From an uncultured Anaeroplasmatales bacterium (GTDB taxonomy: Bacteria; Bacillota_I; Bacilli_A; Acholeplasmatales; WRBM01), in the NCBI GenBank assembly GCA_964478425.1, contig CAYZIB010000006.1, positions 8,133 to 72,132 of the forward strand: a stretch of 64,000 nt of DNA. The letters run 5' to 3'. Below the pieces are notes generated by a model. The model saw only the letters and a list, made by a program, of their open reading frames with translations. It made no database searches and was not told where the DNA came from. This document shows, piece after piece, positions 49,899-58,714 of this stretch; position 1 is the stretch's first letter; the number at the start of each line of letters is the position of its first letter. The translations under genes and the position numbers were made by a program.

Positions 49899-50402
49899 AT
49901 GATATTTTCAAAAAAAACATTAAATGAATTAAAACAGCAAAATGAAAATACATTTAATAAAGTATATAACGAATATTATAAATTACTTTATTATATAGCT
50001 TATAGTAAATGTAAGAATAAATGTGATAGTGAAGAAGTAGTTCAAGATACATTTATTAATATGATGAAAAAAATAAATGAATTTGATGATTATCATAAGT
50101 TTAAAGAATGGATAACTACTATTTGCAGAAATTTAGCGATTAATAAAGTGACAAGAAAACAAAAATTAGAATTAGTAGAAGAAACTGATTTAGATTTAAT
50201 TAATAATTATGAAAAAAATGATTATTTAGATTATTTAAATATATTAGATGATTTAGAAAAAGATATTATTATTTTAAAAATAGTCCATAATTTAAAATTT
50301 AAAGATATCGCTCTTATTTTAAAAATAAGTCAAAACGTAGCAACAAAAACTTACTATGAGGCATTAAATAAATTAAAATCCAATTTAAAGGATGTGATGT
50401 AA
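49899..50402 (+). CDS. Sigma-70 family (ECF-like) sigma factor 2, a paralog of 41040..41570
   Basis: FNKVYNEYYKLLYYIAY...VQDTFINMM. The region 4 HTH is FKDIALILKISQNVATKTYYEAL. The start context GGTGtTAAATATG mirrors that of sigma 1. Confidence 0.8.
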   Translation: MIFSKKTLNELKQQNENTFNKVYNEYYKLLYYIAYSKCKNKCDSEEVVQDTFINMMKKINEFDDYHKFKEWITTICRNLAINKVTRKQKLELVEETDLDLINNYEKNDYLDYLNILDDLEKDIIILKIVHNLKFKDIALILKISQNVATKTYYEALNKLKSNLKDVM

Positions 50403-51485
50403 ATGAAATTTATAAAAAAAATAAAAGATGATTATAATAATTCTAATGAATATAAATTTGATGAAAAAAAAGTTTATAATAATATTTTAAGAGAATTAAA
50501 TTTATCTAAAAAAGAAAATAAAAGTATAAATTATAAAATGAAATTGTGCTTTTCTTCAGTTATTTTATTTTTAATTTGTATATTTTCATTAACATTTTTT
50601 TATAAAAATAATGATTCTTTGCCTAATATATATTTTAATTATATTAAATTACAAATTAATCCTGAAATAGAAATTATTACTGATGAAAATAATATTGTAC
50701 TAGGAATAAAAGGATTAAATGATGATGGAAGAAAAATTTTATATAGTAAAAATTATGAAAATTTAGATTTAGTTAATGTAATTAATTTATTATGCGATGA
50801 ATTTGATAAGAATGGATATTTTTTAAAATCAGATTTAAATATTTATGTAGGAAGTAAAAATTTAAATACAATCAATAAATTAAAAAATGAATTAGAATAT
50901 AATATTTATAATTTAGATGTTGATAGTATTAATAATGATTCATGGAATGATTTATTAAAAGAACATGTAGATTATATGGTTGAAACTAAAAATTTAATTA
51001 CAGAAGATCTTGAAACATATTATAATGAAGCAAAATCAGTTTATATGAATATATATGCAAGAAAAAGTGTTGTTATAAATAATATTGTATATAATATTTT
51101 ATACGAAATATTAAATTCACTTTTAAATGAATTAGAAGATTTAAGAAGTGATTATTGCTTGAATGAAATCAAATATGAAAAATATTTTAAAAGTTTAAAA
51201 GATGAAATAGAAGAATTAAGTAAAAGTGATAATCTTGTGGATAAAATAACTTTAGAAATCAAAAAAGAGTTATTAGAAGAAAAATTAAGATTATATAATG
51301 AGTTTCAAGAATATTTTAAAGAAAAATATAATAGTTGGAAATTAAATCTTGAAGAATGTTTAAATGATTTAAAAGCATTAGAAGAAGAATTTAATATTAA
51401 TTTAAATTTTATAAATGATTATGCCGAATTTAAACTTGATTTTTTAAATAAATATCAAGAATATATTAATGAAATATTAAATTAA
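50403..51485 (+). CDS. Single-pass anti-sigma-like membrane protein with an NPEIE-domain and coiled-coil ectodomain
   Basis: It starts 1 nt after the sigma stop. It has a cytoplasmic N-terminus and one TM segment (CFSSVILFLICIFSLTFF). The ectodomain is homologous to the lipoprotein at 48693..49841. Confidence 0.6.
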   Translation: MKFIKKIKDDYNNSNEYKFDEKKVYNNILRELNLSKKENKSINYKMKLCFSSVILFLICIFSLTFFYKNNDSLPNIYFNYIKLQINPEIEIITDENNIVLGIKGLNDDGRKILYSKNYENLDLVNVINLLCDEFDKNGYFLKSDLNIYVGSKNLNTINKLKNELEYNIYNLDVDSINNDSWNDLLKEHVDYMVETKNLITEDLETYYNEAKSVYMNIYARKSVVINNIVYNILYEILNSLLNELEDLRSDYCLNEIKYEKYFKSLKDEIEELSKSDNLVDKITLEIKKELLEEKLRLYNEFQEYFKEKYNSWKLNLEECLNDLKALEEEFNINLNFINDYAEFKLDFLNKYQEYINEILN

Positions 51486-51530
51486 TTGTATTTAAATTAA
51501 TATTATGATAAAATTTAAAATGAGTTAAAT

Positions 51531-51567
51531 AATAAATGAGATATATTATATACTCATTTATTTTTTT
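51531..51567 (+). terminator. Rho-independent terminator
   Basis: AATAAATGAG pairs with CTCATTTATT, followed by a T-run. Confidence 0.65.
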
Positions 51568-51581
51568 AAATGGAGGAAGTT

Positions 51582-52814
51582 ATGGCAAATAATATGGAAT
51601 TATTGAAAAAAATTAGTTTTGAAAGAATTGGTGGAAGTATAAATGAATATAATGCTGCAATGATTATTAATGACGAAATTAATAAAACTAATAATAAAGC
51701 AAATATTGAAGAATTTGAAATAAAATATAGTAACATTTTTAATGTAGAATTAGAGGTTTTATCTCCTTATAGTAAGAAAATCGAAGCAACAGGTATTATG
51801 CTTAGTGGAAATACTAATTTAGAAGGCGAATTAGTTTATGTTGATAGTATACAAGATGCTGCTTTTTTAAATGTAGAAGGTAAAATAGCTTTAATTCACC
51901 AAAGAATCGGATATAAAACATATGAAAAGCTTATAAAAGCTAAGGCAAAAGGATTTATTTGCGCAAGTGGAACTGTTTATGATAATTTAAGCGAAACAGA
52001 TTTAGAAGAACATGCATTAAGAGATAATCATTTAAAATATGGAGTAATACCTGGTATTACTATTAGAATGAAGGATTTTGAAAAATTATTAATTAATAAA
52101 GCAAAAACAGTAAAAATTTCATTAAATCAAGAAGAACAAACATTAAAATCAAGAAATGTCGTTGCTACTATAAAAGGTGAAATTGAAAATGAAATTGTTG
52201 TTTTTACAGCTCATTATGATTCAGTAAAATTTAGTCAAGGGGCATATGATAATGGTACAGGATCAGTTGCAATCATGGATTTATATAAATATTATTTAAA
52301 ACATAAACCAAGAAGAACATTAAAATTTGTTTGGTGTGGTAGTGAAGAAATGGGGCTATTAGGATCAAAAGCTTATTGTAAAATGCATAATGATGAATTA
52401 AATAACTATAGATTATGTATAAATATTGATATGCTTGGTGTTTTAATTGGAAATGATATTTGTTGTTGTACAACTGATAATCAATTAGTTACATATATTG
52501 ATTATTTAGCTAAAGAAGTAGGTTTTCCAATTACAGTTAGACAAGGTGTTTATTCTAGTGATTCTACACCATTTGCAGATAGTGGTATACCAAGTTTATC
52601 ATTTGCAAGATTATCTCCTCAAGGGGGAGCAACTATTCATTCAAGAAGAGATGTAATTAAATTTATTGATAAGAAAACTTTAGATAATAGTATTGATTTT
52701 ATTAAATTATTTGCAAATAAATTGGTTAATTCTAAGGTTTTTCCGGTAGAAAAAAACATTCCTCAAAATATGAAAGATGAAATTGATAAATATTATTTTA
52801 GAAAAGAAAAATAA
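51582..52814 (+). CDS. M28 family aminopeptidase with a PA domain
   Basis: AHYDSV, GAYDNGTGSVAIMDL, GSEEMGLLGS. I use ATG 51582, which follows GGAGGA; the track's ATG at 51570 overlaps that SD. Confidence 0.8.
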   Translation: MANNMELLKKISFERIGGSINEYNAAMIINDEINKTNNKANIEEFEIKYSNIFNVELEVLSPYSKKIEATGIMLSGNTNLEGELVYVDSIQDAAFLNVEGKIALIHQRIGYKTYEKLIKAKAKGFICASGTVYDNLSETDLEEHALRDNHLKYGVIPGITIRMKDFEKLLINKAKTVKISLNQEEQTLKSRNVVATIKGEIENEIVVFTAHYDSVKFSQGAYDNGTGSVAIMDLYKYYLKHKPRRTLKFVWCGSEEMGLLGSKAYCKMHNDELNNYRLCINIDMLGVLIGNDICCCTTDNQLVTYIDYLAKEVGFPITVRQGVYSSDSTPFADSGIPSLSFARLSPQGGATIHSRRDVIKFIDKKTLDNSIDFIKLFANKLVNSKVFPVEKNIPQNMKDEIDKYYFRKEK

Positions 52815-52818
52815 AATG

Positions 52819-52849
52819 GAAGATTTTTTAAAAAATCTTCTTTTTTTTA
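52819..52849 (+). terminator. Rho-independent terminator
   Basis: GAAGATTTT pairs with AAAATCTTC, followed by a run of 9 T. Confidence 0.75.
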
Positions 52850-52881
52850 TATTTTTAAAATATATTATATTGGTGAAATGT

Positions 52882-53949
52882 ATGGAAGTAAAATATCGTA
52901 TTGATTTACATAAAATACCTGAAATAGGAGAAAATTTAAAAAAAACAAAAAAATATATTTTAAAGATATTAAAAAAATATAAATGTAAAATTGAGGTTCT
53001 TAATTCATCTATAATTTGTTTTTTTGATTTTAAGAGTAATTATTCTATTGCTTTTAGATCAGATATGGATGATTTAGATATAGATGAATTAACAAATTTA
53101 AAATTTAAATCTAATAAATATATGCATGCATGTGGCCATGATGGGCATATGGCTATTTTACTTAAATTGGCATATTATTTATCAAATTTAAATAAATTAG
53201 ATAAAAATATTGTTTTAATATTTCAAGAAGCAGAAGAACTTGGTATAGGAGCAAATAAAATTATTAGTAGCAATATTTTAGATAAATATAATATAAAATA
53301 TGTATTTGCTTATCATTTATGGCCTAAATTAGAATTTGGGAAAATATTTAGTAAACCTTATTATATGACAGCATTTTCTTCTGAAATTGAAATTGAAGTT
53401 TTTGGTAAATCTACTCATATTAAAGATTATTTAAACTCTATAGATAGTTTATATGTTACATCAAATTTTTTGATTGAATTAAATAATATAAAAAAAGGAT
53501 ATGAATTTTTACTTAAATTTGGAATTTTTAATTCTGGAAAAATTCAAAATGTAATAAGTGATTATTCAATATTAAAAGGTTCTTTAAGAACATTTGATTT
53601 TTTAAATTTTATTGATTTATATAAAACTTTATTAATTTTAAAAGAAAATTATCAAAAAAACTATAATGTAAAAATAAATATTATATTAAAGTCATTTAAT
53701 TTTGGGGTTTATAATGATTATGATTTATATTTAAAAGCTCAAAAACTAATTAATATAAGTAAATTAGAATACATAAGTTTAGCAGCTGAAGATTTTAGTT
53801 ATTTTGGAATTAAATATCCTTGTTTATTGATGTTTTTAGGTATAGGTGATGTTAGTTATTTGCATTCTAATGATTTTGATTTTAATATGGATGTATTAGA
53901 TATTGGGTTTAAAAATTATGTTAAATTACTAGATATTGATTTTAATTGA
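52882..53949 (+). CDS. dapL: M20D amidohydrolase, probably N-acetyl-diaminopimelate deacetylase
   Basis: HACGHDGHMAILL and RSDMDDLDI. It sits in a DAP cluster together with dapH. I use ATG 52882 after GGTGA; the track starts at 52777. Confidence 0.6.
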   Translation: MEVKYRIDLHKIPEIGENLKKTKKYILKILKKYKCKIEVLNSSIICFFDFKSNYSIAFRSDMDDLDIDELTNLKFKSNKYMHACGHDGHMAILLKLAYYLSNLNKLDKNIVLIFQEAEELGIGANKIISSNILDKYNIKYVFAYHLWPKLEFGKIFSKPYYMTAFSSEIEIEVFGKSTHIKDYLNSIDSLYVTSNFLIELNNIKKGYEFLLKFGIFNSGKIQNVISDYSILKGSLRTFDFLNFIDLYKTLLILKENYQKNYNVKINIILKSFNFGVYNDYDLYLKAQKLINISKLEYISLAAEDFSYFGIKYPCLLMFLGIGDVSYLHSNDFDFNMDVLDIGFKNYVKLLDIDFN

Positions 53950-55031
53950 TTATTAATATTTATTATTGACTTTTTTAATAATTTTTTATTATTTGAAATA
54001 CAAATTCTAATATAATTATCATCTCCAAAGCAAATACCAGGTATAACTCCAAGGTTATAATTTTTTAATAATTTATAAAAAAAATCTACTGATGATATCT
54101 TATATTTTTTAATATTAATAAATATATATAACCCAGCATCTGGTGTGATGTAGTTTAAATTAAATTTATTAAGTAATTTTATTGTATAATTTTTTTTATT
54201 AATTAAGGATTTTAAATTGTGGTTATAATTATATTTTAAAGCTTTAATGGATGCATATTGGGTAAAAGTATTTAATGATGAATTAATTAATGCATGATCA
54301 TATTTAAGATTATTTAATGATTCATCAAAAATAATATAACCAATTCTATAACCTGTCATTGCATATGTTTTAGAAAAACTATTAATAATTAAAATGTTTT
54401 TTTTATTTTTAAAGTAATCTAAAATATTTAGGTTATTATTTTTTTCAAATATTAAATTGTTATATACCAAGTCAAATATTAAATAGATATTTTTATTTTG
54501 TTCAATTATTTTATTAAGGATATTTAAAGATTGTGTATTAAAAATTTTTCCTGTGGGATTATTAGGAGTATTTATAATAATTAATTTTGTTTTATTATTT
54601 ATTAAATTTAAAATAGAATCATCTAATTGATAATTCGTATTTGTTGTATCTACAATAATTTCTTTAGCATCAAATCTTTTTATGAGATTTAAATAAGTAG
54701 GATAAAATGGTTTAAATATAATTATTTCATCATCTTTTTTTACTAAATTAAAAAAGGTTAAAAATAAGGCTTCAGATGCTCCATTTGTAATAATTATATT
54801 TGGATTATTATAAGATTTATAATATGTGGTTTTTTTAATAATTTCATCTCTTAATTTTTTTATTCCATCTGAATCTGAGTATTTAGTATTATTTTTTAAA
54901 ATATTTTTTATGATATTAAATTTAACAATCAAAGGAGACTTATAATTTGGTTCTCCAAGCATTAATTTAGTATTTTTATTATTAGATTTAGCAATATTAA
55001 AAAAATATTTAATTGATTTGTTTAAATCCAT
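53916..55031 (-). CDS. Class I/II PLP-dependent aminotransferase (candidate N-acetyl-LL-DAP aminotransferase)
   Basis: NSFSKTYAMTGYRIGY carries the PLP lysine. NPTG is also present. Its 3' end overlaps the convergent dapL by 34 nt. Confidence 0.7.
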   Translation of the reverse strand: MDLNKSIKYFFNIAKSNNKNTKLMLGEPNYKSPLIVKFNIIKNILKNNTKYSDSDGIKKLRDEIIKKTTYYKSYNNPNIIITNGASEALFLTFFNLVKKDDEIIIFKPFYPTYLNLIKRFDAKEIIVDTTNTNYQLDDSILNLINNKTKLIIINTPNNPTGKIFNTQSLNILNKIIEQNKNIYLIFDLVYNNLIFEKNNNLNILDYFKNKKNILIINSFSKTYAMTGYRIGYIIFDESLNNLKYDHALINSSLNTFTQYASIKALKYNYNHNLKSLINKKNYTIKLLNKFNLNYITPDAGLYIFINIKKYKISSVDFFYKLLKNYNLGVIPGICFGDDNYIRICISNNKKLLKKSIININNQLKSISSNLT

Positions 55032-55105
55032 AAATTCACCTTTTTTATTTAATTATATTTTGTATTAAATTTTTTTATTCATAATATAATTAGTAGAGGG
55101 ATAAT

Positions 55106-55834
55106 ATGAATTTTTATAAATATGAGTCTTGTGGTAATGATTTTATTATTATAGAAAAAGATATAAAAACATTTGTTGATATAAAAAAATTTATAAAAAA
55201 AATATGTGATAGAAATTATGGCATTGGAGCAGATGGAATCATGTTAGTTAGTAATGAAGAAATTTTTATATATAATAAAGATGGTTCAAGAGCAAACATG
55301 TGTGGTAACGGATTAAAATGTTTAATTAAATATTTTTATGATAAAAATATTATTTATAAAAAATTACTTAACTATAATTATGAAATTATTGGATCAAAAA
55401 GTATTAATTCTTTATTGATGAAAATTAATTTTAAAAAGCCTAAAAAAATAATTTATAATTTGATGGATTTTTATAATGATCAGGATATATTATATTATAA
55501 AATTTTATATGGAGTATGGCATGTTATTTTGTTTAAAGATTTTAATTTAGAAGAAGCTAAATATTTAATGGAAAAAGAAAATTCTAATATTAATTATGTA
55601 AAAGTTATTAATAATGAAAAATTAGAAGTTACAACTTATGAAAAAGGAGTTGGTTTAACTAAATCTTGTGGAACAGGTTCAATTTCAAGTTTTTATATTT
55701 GTTATTTACTTAATTATTGTAATAATAATGTGATAGTTGAATATGAAAATGATTTTGTTGAGCTTGAAATTGATAAGAATAATAATGTAATAATGACAGG
55801 TAGTGCAAATTATGTATTTAAAGGTGAAATATGA
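55106..55834 (+). CDS. dapF: Diaminopimelate epimerase (short form, 242 aa)
   Basis: YESCGNDFIII, with the two catalytic Cys contexts MCGNGLKC and SCGTGSIS. Confidence 0.8.
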   Translation: MNFYKYESCGNDFIIIEKDIKTFVDIKKFIKKICDRNYGIGADGIMLVSNEEIFIYNKDGSRANMCGNGLKCLIKYFYDKNIIYKKLLNYNYEIIGSKSINSLLMKINFKKPKKIIYNLMDFYNDQDILYYKILYGVWHVILFKDFNLEEAKYLMEKENSNINYVKVINNEKLEVTTYEKGVGLTKSCGTGSISSFYICYLLNYCNNNVIVEYENDFVELEIDKNNNVIMTGSANYVFKGEI

Positions 55835-56418
55835 AAATAGGATTAATTAAAAAGGGAAAAATGAATTTAGAATTTTTAAAATATGATAAAAATTCAAAAA
55901 TAATTGACTTAACTAAAAAAGAGGATATTGATGTTATAATTGATTTTTCATCTAGTAAAAATATATATGAAATTTTAAATTATTGTAAAAAATACAATTT
56001 ACCACTTGTAATAGGAACAACCGGATATAATAAAAAAGAAGAAGAGTTAATATATCAGTATAGTAATTTTTTTCCAATTTTTAAATCTGCTAATTTTTCA
56101 TTTGGAATAAATAAAATTAATGAAATATTAACATATTTTAAAGAGTATAAAAAATATATTTTAGAAATACATCAAAAAGATAAATTAGATATTCCAAGTG
56201 GAACTTCATTAATGATTAATGAAAAAAATGAAATAGATAATATTTTTTCTATAAGATCAGGTGATATTTTAGGTACACATGAAATTATTTTAATTAATAA
56301 TTATGAAATAATTAATATAAAACATGTTTCGTTTTCAAGACTAACTTTTATTAAGGGAGCAATTTTAGCAGCAGAAAAAATTAAAGGGTTAAAAAAGGGG
56401 TTTTATAATGAATTATAG
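55831..56418 (+). CDS. dapB: 4-hydroxy-tetrahydrodipicolinate reductase, minimised to 195 aa
   Basis: DVIIDFSS, LVIGTTGY, ANFSFGIN, EIHQKDKLDIPSGTS. Confidence 0.7.
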   Translation: MKIGLIKKGKMNLEFLKYDKNSKIIDLTKKEDIDVIIDFSSSKNIYEILNYCKKYNLPLVIGTTGYNKKEEELIYQYSNFFPIFKSANFSFGINKINEILTYFKEYKKYILEIHQKDKLDIPSGTSLMINEKNEIDNIFSIRSGDILGTHEIILINNYEIINIKHVSFSRLTFIKGAILAAEKIKGLKKGFYNEL

Positions 56419-57043
56419 CGATTTAATAAAAAATAATATTTCAAAAACTTATGTAATGTTATTAAATTTAGATGTTGAAGATGATATTTATAGTAATATA
56501 AAAATTGGATTAGAAGATAAAATTGATTTTTATATTAAAAAAAATAATTTAAATAATTATAAAAAAATATATTTATGTAAAAATTCTAAACTTGATTTAC
56601 TTGATTATAACAATGTAGATGCAAGAATAGAATACGGCGCAGTTATAAGACAAAATGTCATTATTGAAAAAGGTGCAATTATTATGATGAATGCAACAAT
56701 TAATGTTGGTGCAAAAATAGGAACTAATACTTTAATAGATATGGGTTGTGTTATAGGTAGTGGAGCAATTATAGGAAATAATTGTCACATAGGAGCCAAT
56801 TCTGTAATAAGTGGAATGATTGAACCTGATAATAAAAATGTAAATATAGGGAATAATGTTTTTATTGGAGCTAATTGTTTTATAAAAAGTGGAATTAAAA
56901 TTCACGATAATGCAGTTATAGGCGCAGGAGCTGTAGTTTTAAATGATGTTTATCCTAATGATATTGTAGCAGGTGTTCCTGCGAAAAAAATTAATTCAAA
57001 TTATAAATATATAAAGAATCTAGATATATATGAAAAAAATTAA
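56408..57043 (+). CDS. dapH: Tetrahydrodipicolinate N-acetyltransferase (hexapeptide-repeat, DapH type)
   Basis: Left-handed beta-helix repeats (GAKIGTNTLIDMGCVIGSGAIIGNNCHIGANSVISG). Consistent in size and cluster context. Confidence 0.75.
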   Translation: MNYSDLIKNNISKTYVMLLNLDVEDDIYSNIKIGLEDKIDFYIKKNNLNNYKKIYLCKNSKLDLLDYNNVDARIEYGAVIRQNVIIEKGAIIMMNATINVGAKIGTNTLIDMGCVIGSGAIIGNNCHIGANSVISGMIEPDNKNVNIGNNVFIGANCFIKSGIKIHDNAVIGAGAVVLNDVYPNDIVAGVPAKKINSNYKYIKNLDIYEKN

Positions 57044-57998
57044 TATAGCAATTATTGGGGCAACAGGCCTTGTTGGAGAAGAATTTATTAATTATTTAGA
57101 ATTATTAAAAGATTATATTAATGAATTATATTTATATGCAAAAGATAATGAAAATGCCAGAGGATATAAATTTAATAATAAAATATATTTAGTTGATGAA
57201 TTAAAAAATATTTCTTTTAATAATCTTGATGTTTGCTTTTTTTTAGCAAACGATATAATAAGCAAAAAATATATTCCAATAGCGTTAAATAAAAAGGTTT
57301 TAGTTATTGATAATTCATATGTTTATAGACTAAATAAAAAAGTTCCTTTAATTATTCCTGAAGTTAATATAAAAAAAATAAATAATAATGATTATTTAAT
57401 TGCAAATCCTAATTGTGTTGTTATACCAACATTGATGGTTTTAAATAAACTTAAAGAATATAAAATAAAAAAATTAATAATTAATACTATGCAATCAGTA
57501 TCTGGATCTGGTAAAAAAGGATTAACCGAATTAGAAAACACTTTAAATGGTCAAAAAAATGAATTATATAATGTAAATATTAGTAAAATGATAATTCCTT
57601 ATATTGGTGAGATTAATAATTTTGGATATTGTTTTGAAGAAGAAAAAATAATTGGTGAAATAAAAAAAATCTTGAATAAAAAGAATTTAGATATCTTAGT
57701 AAATACAAATAGGGTACCAATAAAATATGGACATGGAATAAGTTTGGTTGTTGAATTTAAAAAAGACATTGATTTATTTAAAATAAAAGGAAAAATCAAA
57801 GATGAAAATATTATAATTATTGATGATTTTAATAATATAAATATTTATTCTGAAAAAGTATATGTATCAAGGCTTCATTTAAAAAAAGACAATAAAAAAG
57901 TATTAATTATGTATATTTATTCAAATAATCTTAAAAGAGGATCAGCTTATAATGCTTATTTAATTTTAAATCATTTAATAAAAACTAGAAAGTTTTAA
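57030..57998 (+). CDS. asd: Aspartate-semialdehyde dehydrogenase
   Basis: IAIIGATGLVGEE, IANPNCVVI (active-site Cys), and QSVSGSGKKG. Confidence 0.85.
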   Translation: MKKINIAIIGATGLVGEEFINYLELLKDYINELYLYAKDNENARGYKFNNKIYLVDELKNISFNNLDVCFFLANDIISKKYIPIALNKKVLVIDNSYVYRLNKKVPLIIPEVNIKKINNNDYLIANPNCVVIPTLMVLNKLKEYKIKKLIINTMQSVSGSGKKGLTELENTLNGQKNELYNVNISKMIIPYIGEINNFGYCFEEEKIIGEIKKILNKKNLDILVNTNRVPIKYGHGISLVVEFKKDIDLFKIKGKIKDENIIIIDDFNNINIYSEKVYVSRLHLKKDNKKVLIMYIYSNNLKRGSAYNAYLILNHLIKTRKF

Positions 57999-58034
57999 GA
58001 TATAATGGTATAATTGATTAGGTTGGTGAAAAAA

Positions 58035-58394
58035 ATGGAAATTCATAATCATGGAACAAACTTAATTGATTTATTAGAAAAAATGCCTAATGTTGAAGAA
58101 TCAAATAATGCATCGATTGTATTTAGTTTATTATCAGATTCAACTAGACTTAGAATATTATGGATTTTATGTCATAGTGAAGAATGTGTTACAAATATTG
58201 CATCAAGTGTTAATATGAGCGCACCTGCTGTATCTTTTCATTTAAGATTTTTAAAACAAAGTAAAGTGATAGTAAATAGAAAAGTTGGTAAGGAGACATA
58301 TTATAAAATAAGTGATAATAATTATGGGAAATTAATCCATAAAATGATAGATGATGTATTTTTATTGGAATGCCCAACAAAAGGAATAAAATAA
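58035..58394 (+). CDS. ArsR/SmtB family metal-responsive repressor
   Basis: LSDSTRLRILWIL and SAPAVSFHLRFLKQSKVI form the wHTH. I use ATG 58035 after GGTGA. Confidence 0.85.
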   Translation: MEIHNHGTNLIDLLEKMPNVEESNNASIVFSLLSDSTRLRILWILCHSEECVTNIASSVNMSAPAVSFHLRFLKQSKVIVNRKVGKETYYKISDNNYGKLIHKMIDDVFLLECPTKGIK

Positions 58395-58417
58395 ACTACT
58401 TTTTTAGTAGTTTTTTT
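58393..58417 (+). terminator. Terminator after the ArsR-family gene
   Basis: AAACTACT pairs with AGTAGTTT, and the T-run continues. Confidence 0.65.
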
Positions 58418-58418
58418 A

Positions 58419-58447
58419 TTGACATTTTGTTTTATTAAACATATAAT
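58419..58447 (+). promoter_or_regulatory. Consensus promoter of the HMA/ATPase operon
   Basis: TTGACA at 58419-58424, a 17 nt spacer, then TATAAT at 58442-58447. Confidence 0.8.
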
Positions 58448-58452
58448 ATAGA

Positions 58453-58474
58453 TAAACGATTAAATAATCGTTTA
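58453..58474. promoter_or_regulatory. Perfect 10-2-10 inverted repeat; candidate ArsR-family operator
   Basis: TAAACGATTA aa TAATCGTTTA lies immediately downstream of the -10 box. Confidence 0.6.
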
Positions 58475-58492
58475 ATTGAAAGGGCTGAAAAT

Positions 58493-58714
58493 ATGACTAA
58501 GATTATTAAAATAGAAGGGCTTGATTGTGCTAATTGTGCTGCTAAATTAGAAAAGAAATTAAAAAAAATAAAAGAGATTGATGAATTAAGTATTAGTTTT
58601 GTTGCTAAAAAAATGAAAATAGAATTTAATAATATTGATTTTGATGATTTAATAAAAAAAATAATTGATGTTACAAATAAATTCGAGTCAGGAATAGTTT
58701 ATAATTATGAATAA
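58493..58714 (+). CDS. Stand-alone heavy-metal-associated (HMA) domain protein
   Basis: GLDCANCAAKLEKKL carries the CxxC motif. 73 aa. It overlaps the ATPase gene by 8 nt. Confidence 0.8.
   Translation: MTKIIKIEGLDCANCAAKLEKKLKKIKEIDELSISFVAKKMKIEFNNIDFDDLIKKIIDVTNKFESGIVYNYE

Noticed and set aside
55032-55105. A lysine (L-box) riboswitch ahead of the dapF-dapB-dapH-asd genes.
   Set aside because: The intergenic region is only 74 nt, and it also has to hold the divergent aminotransferase promoter. An L-box aptamer needs roughly 170-180 nt, and none of its conserved helices are visible.
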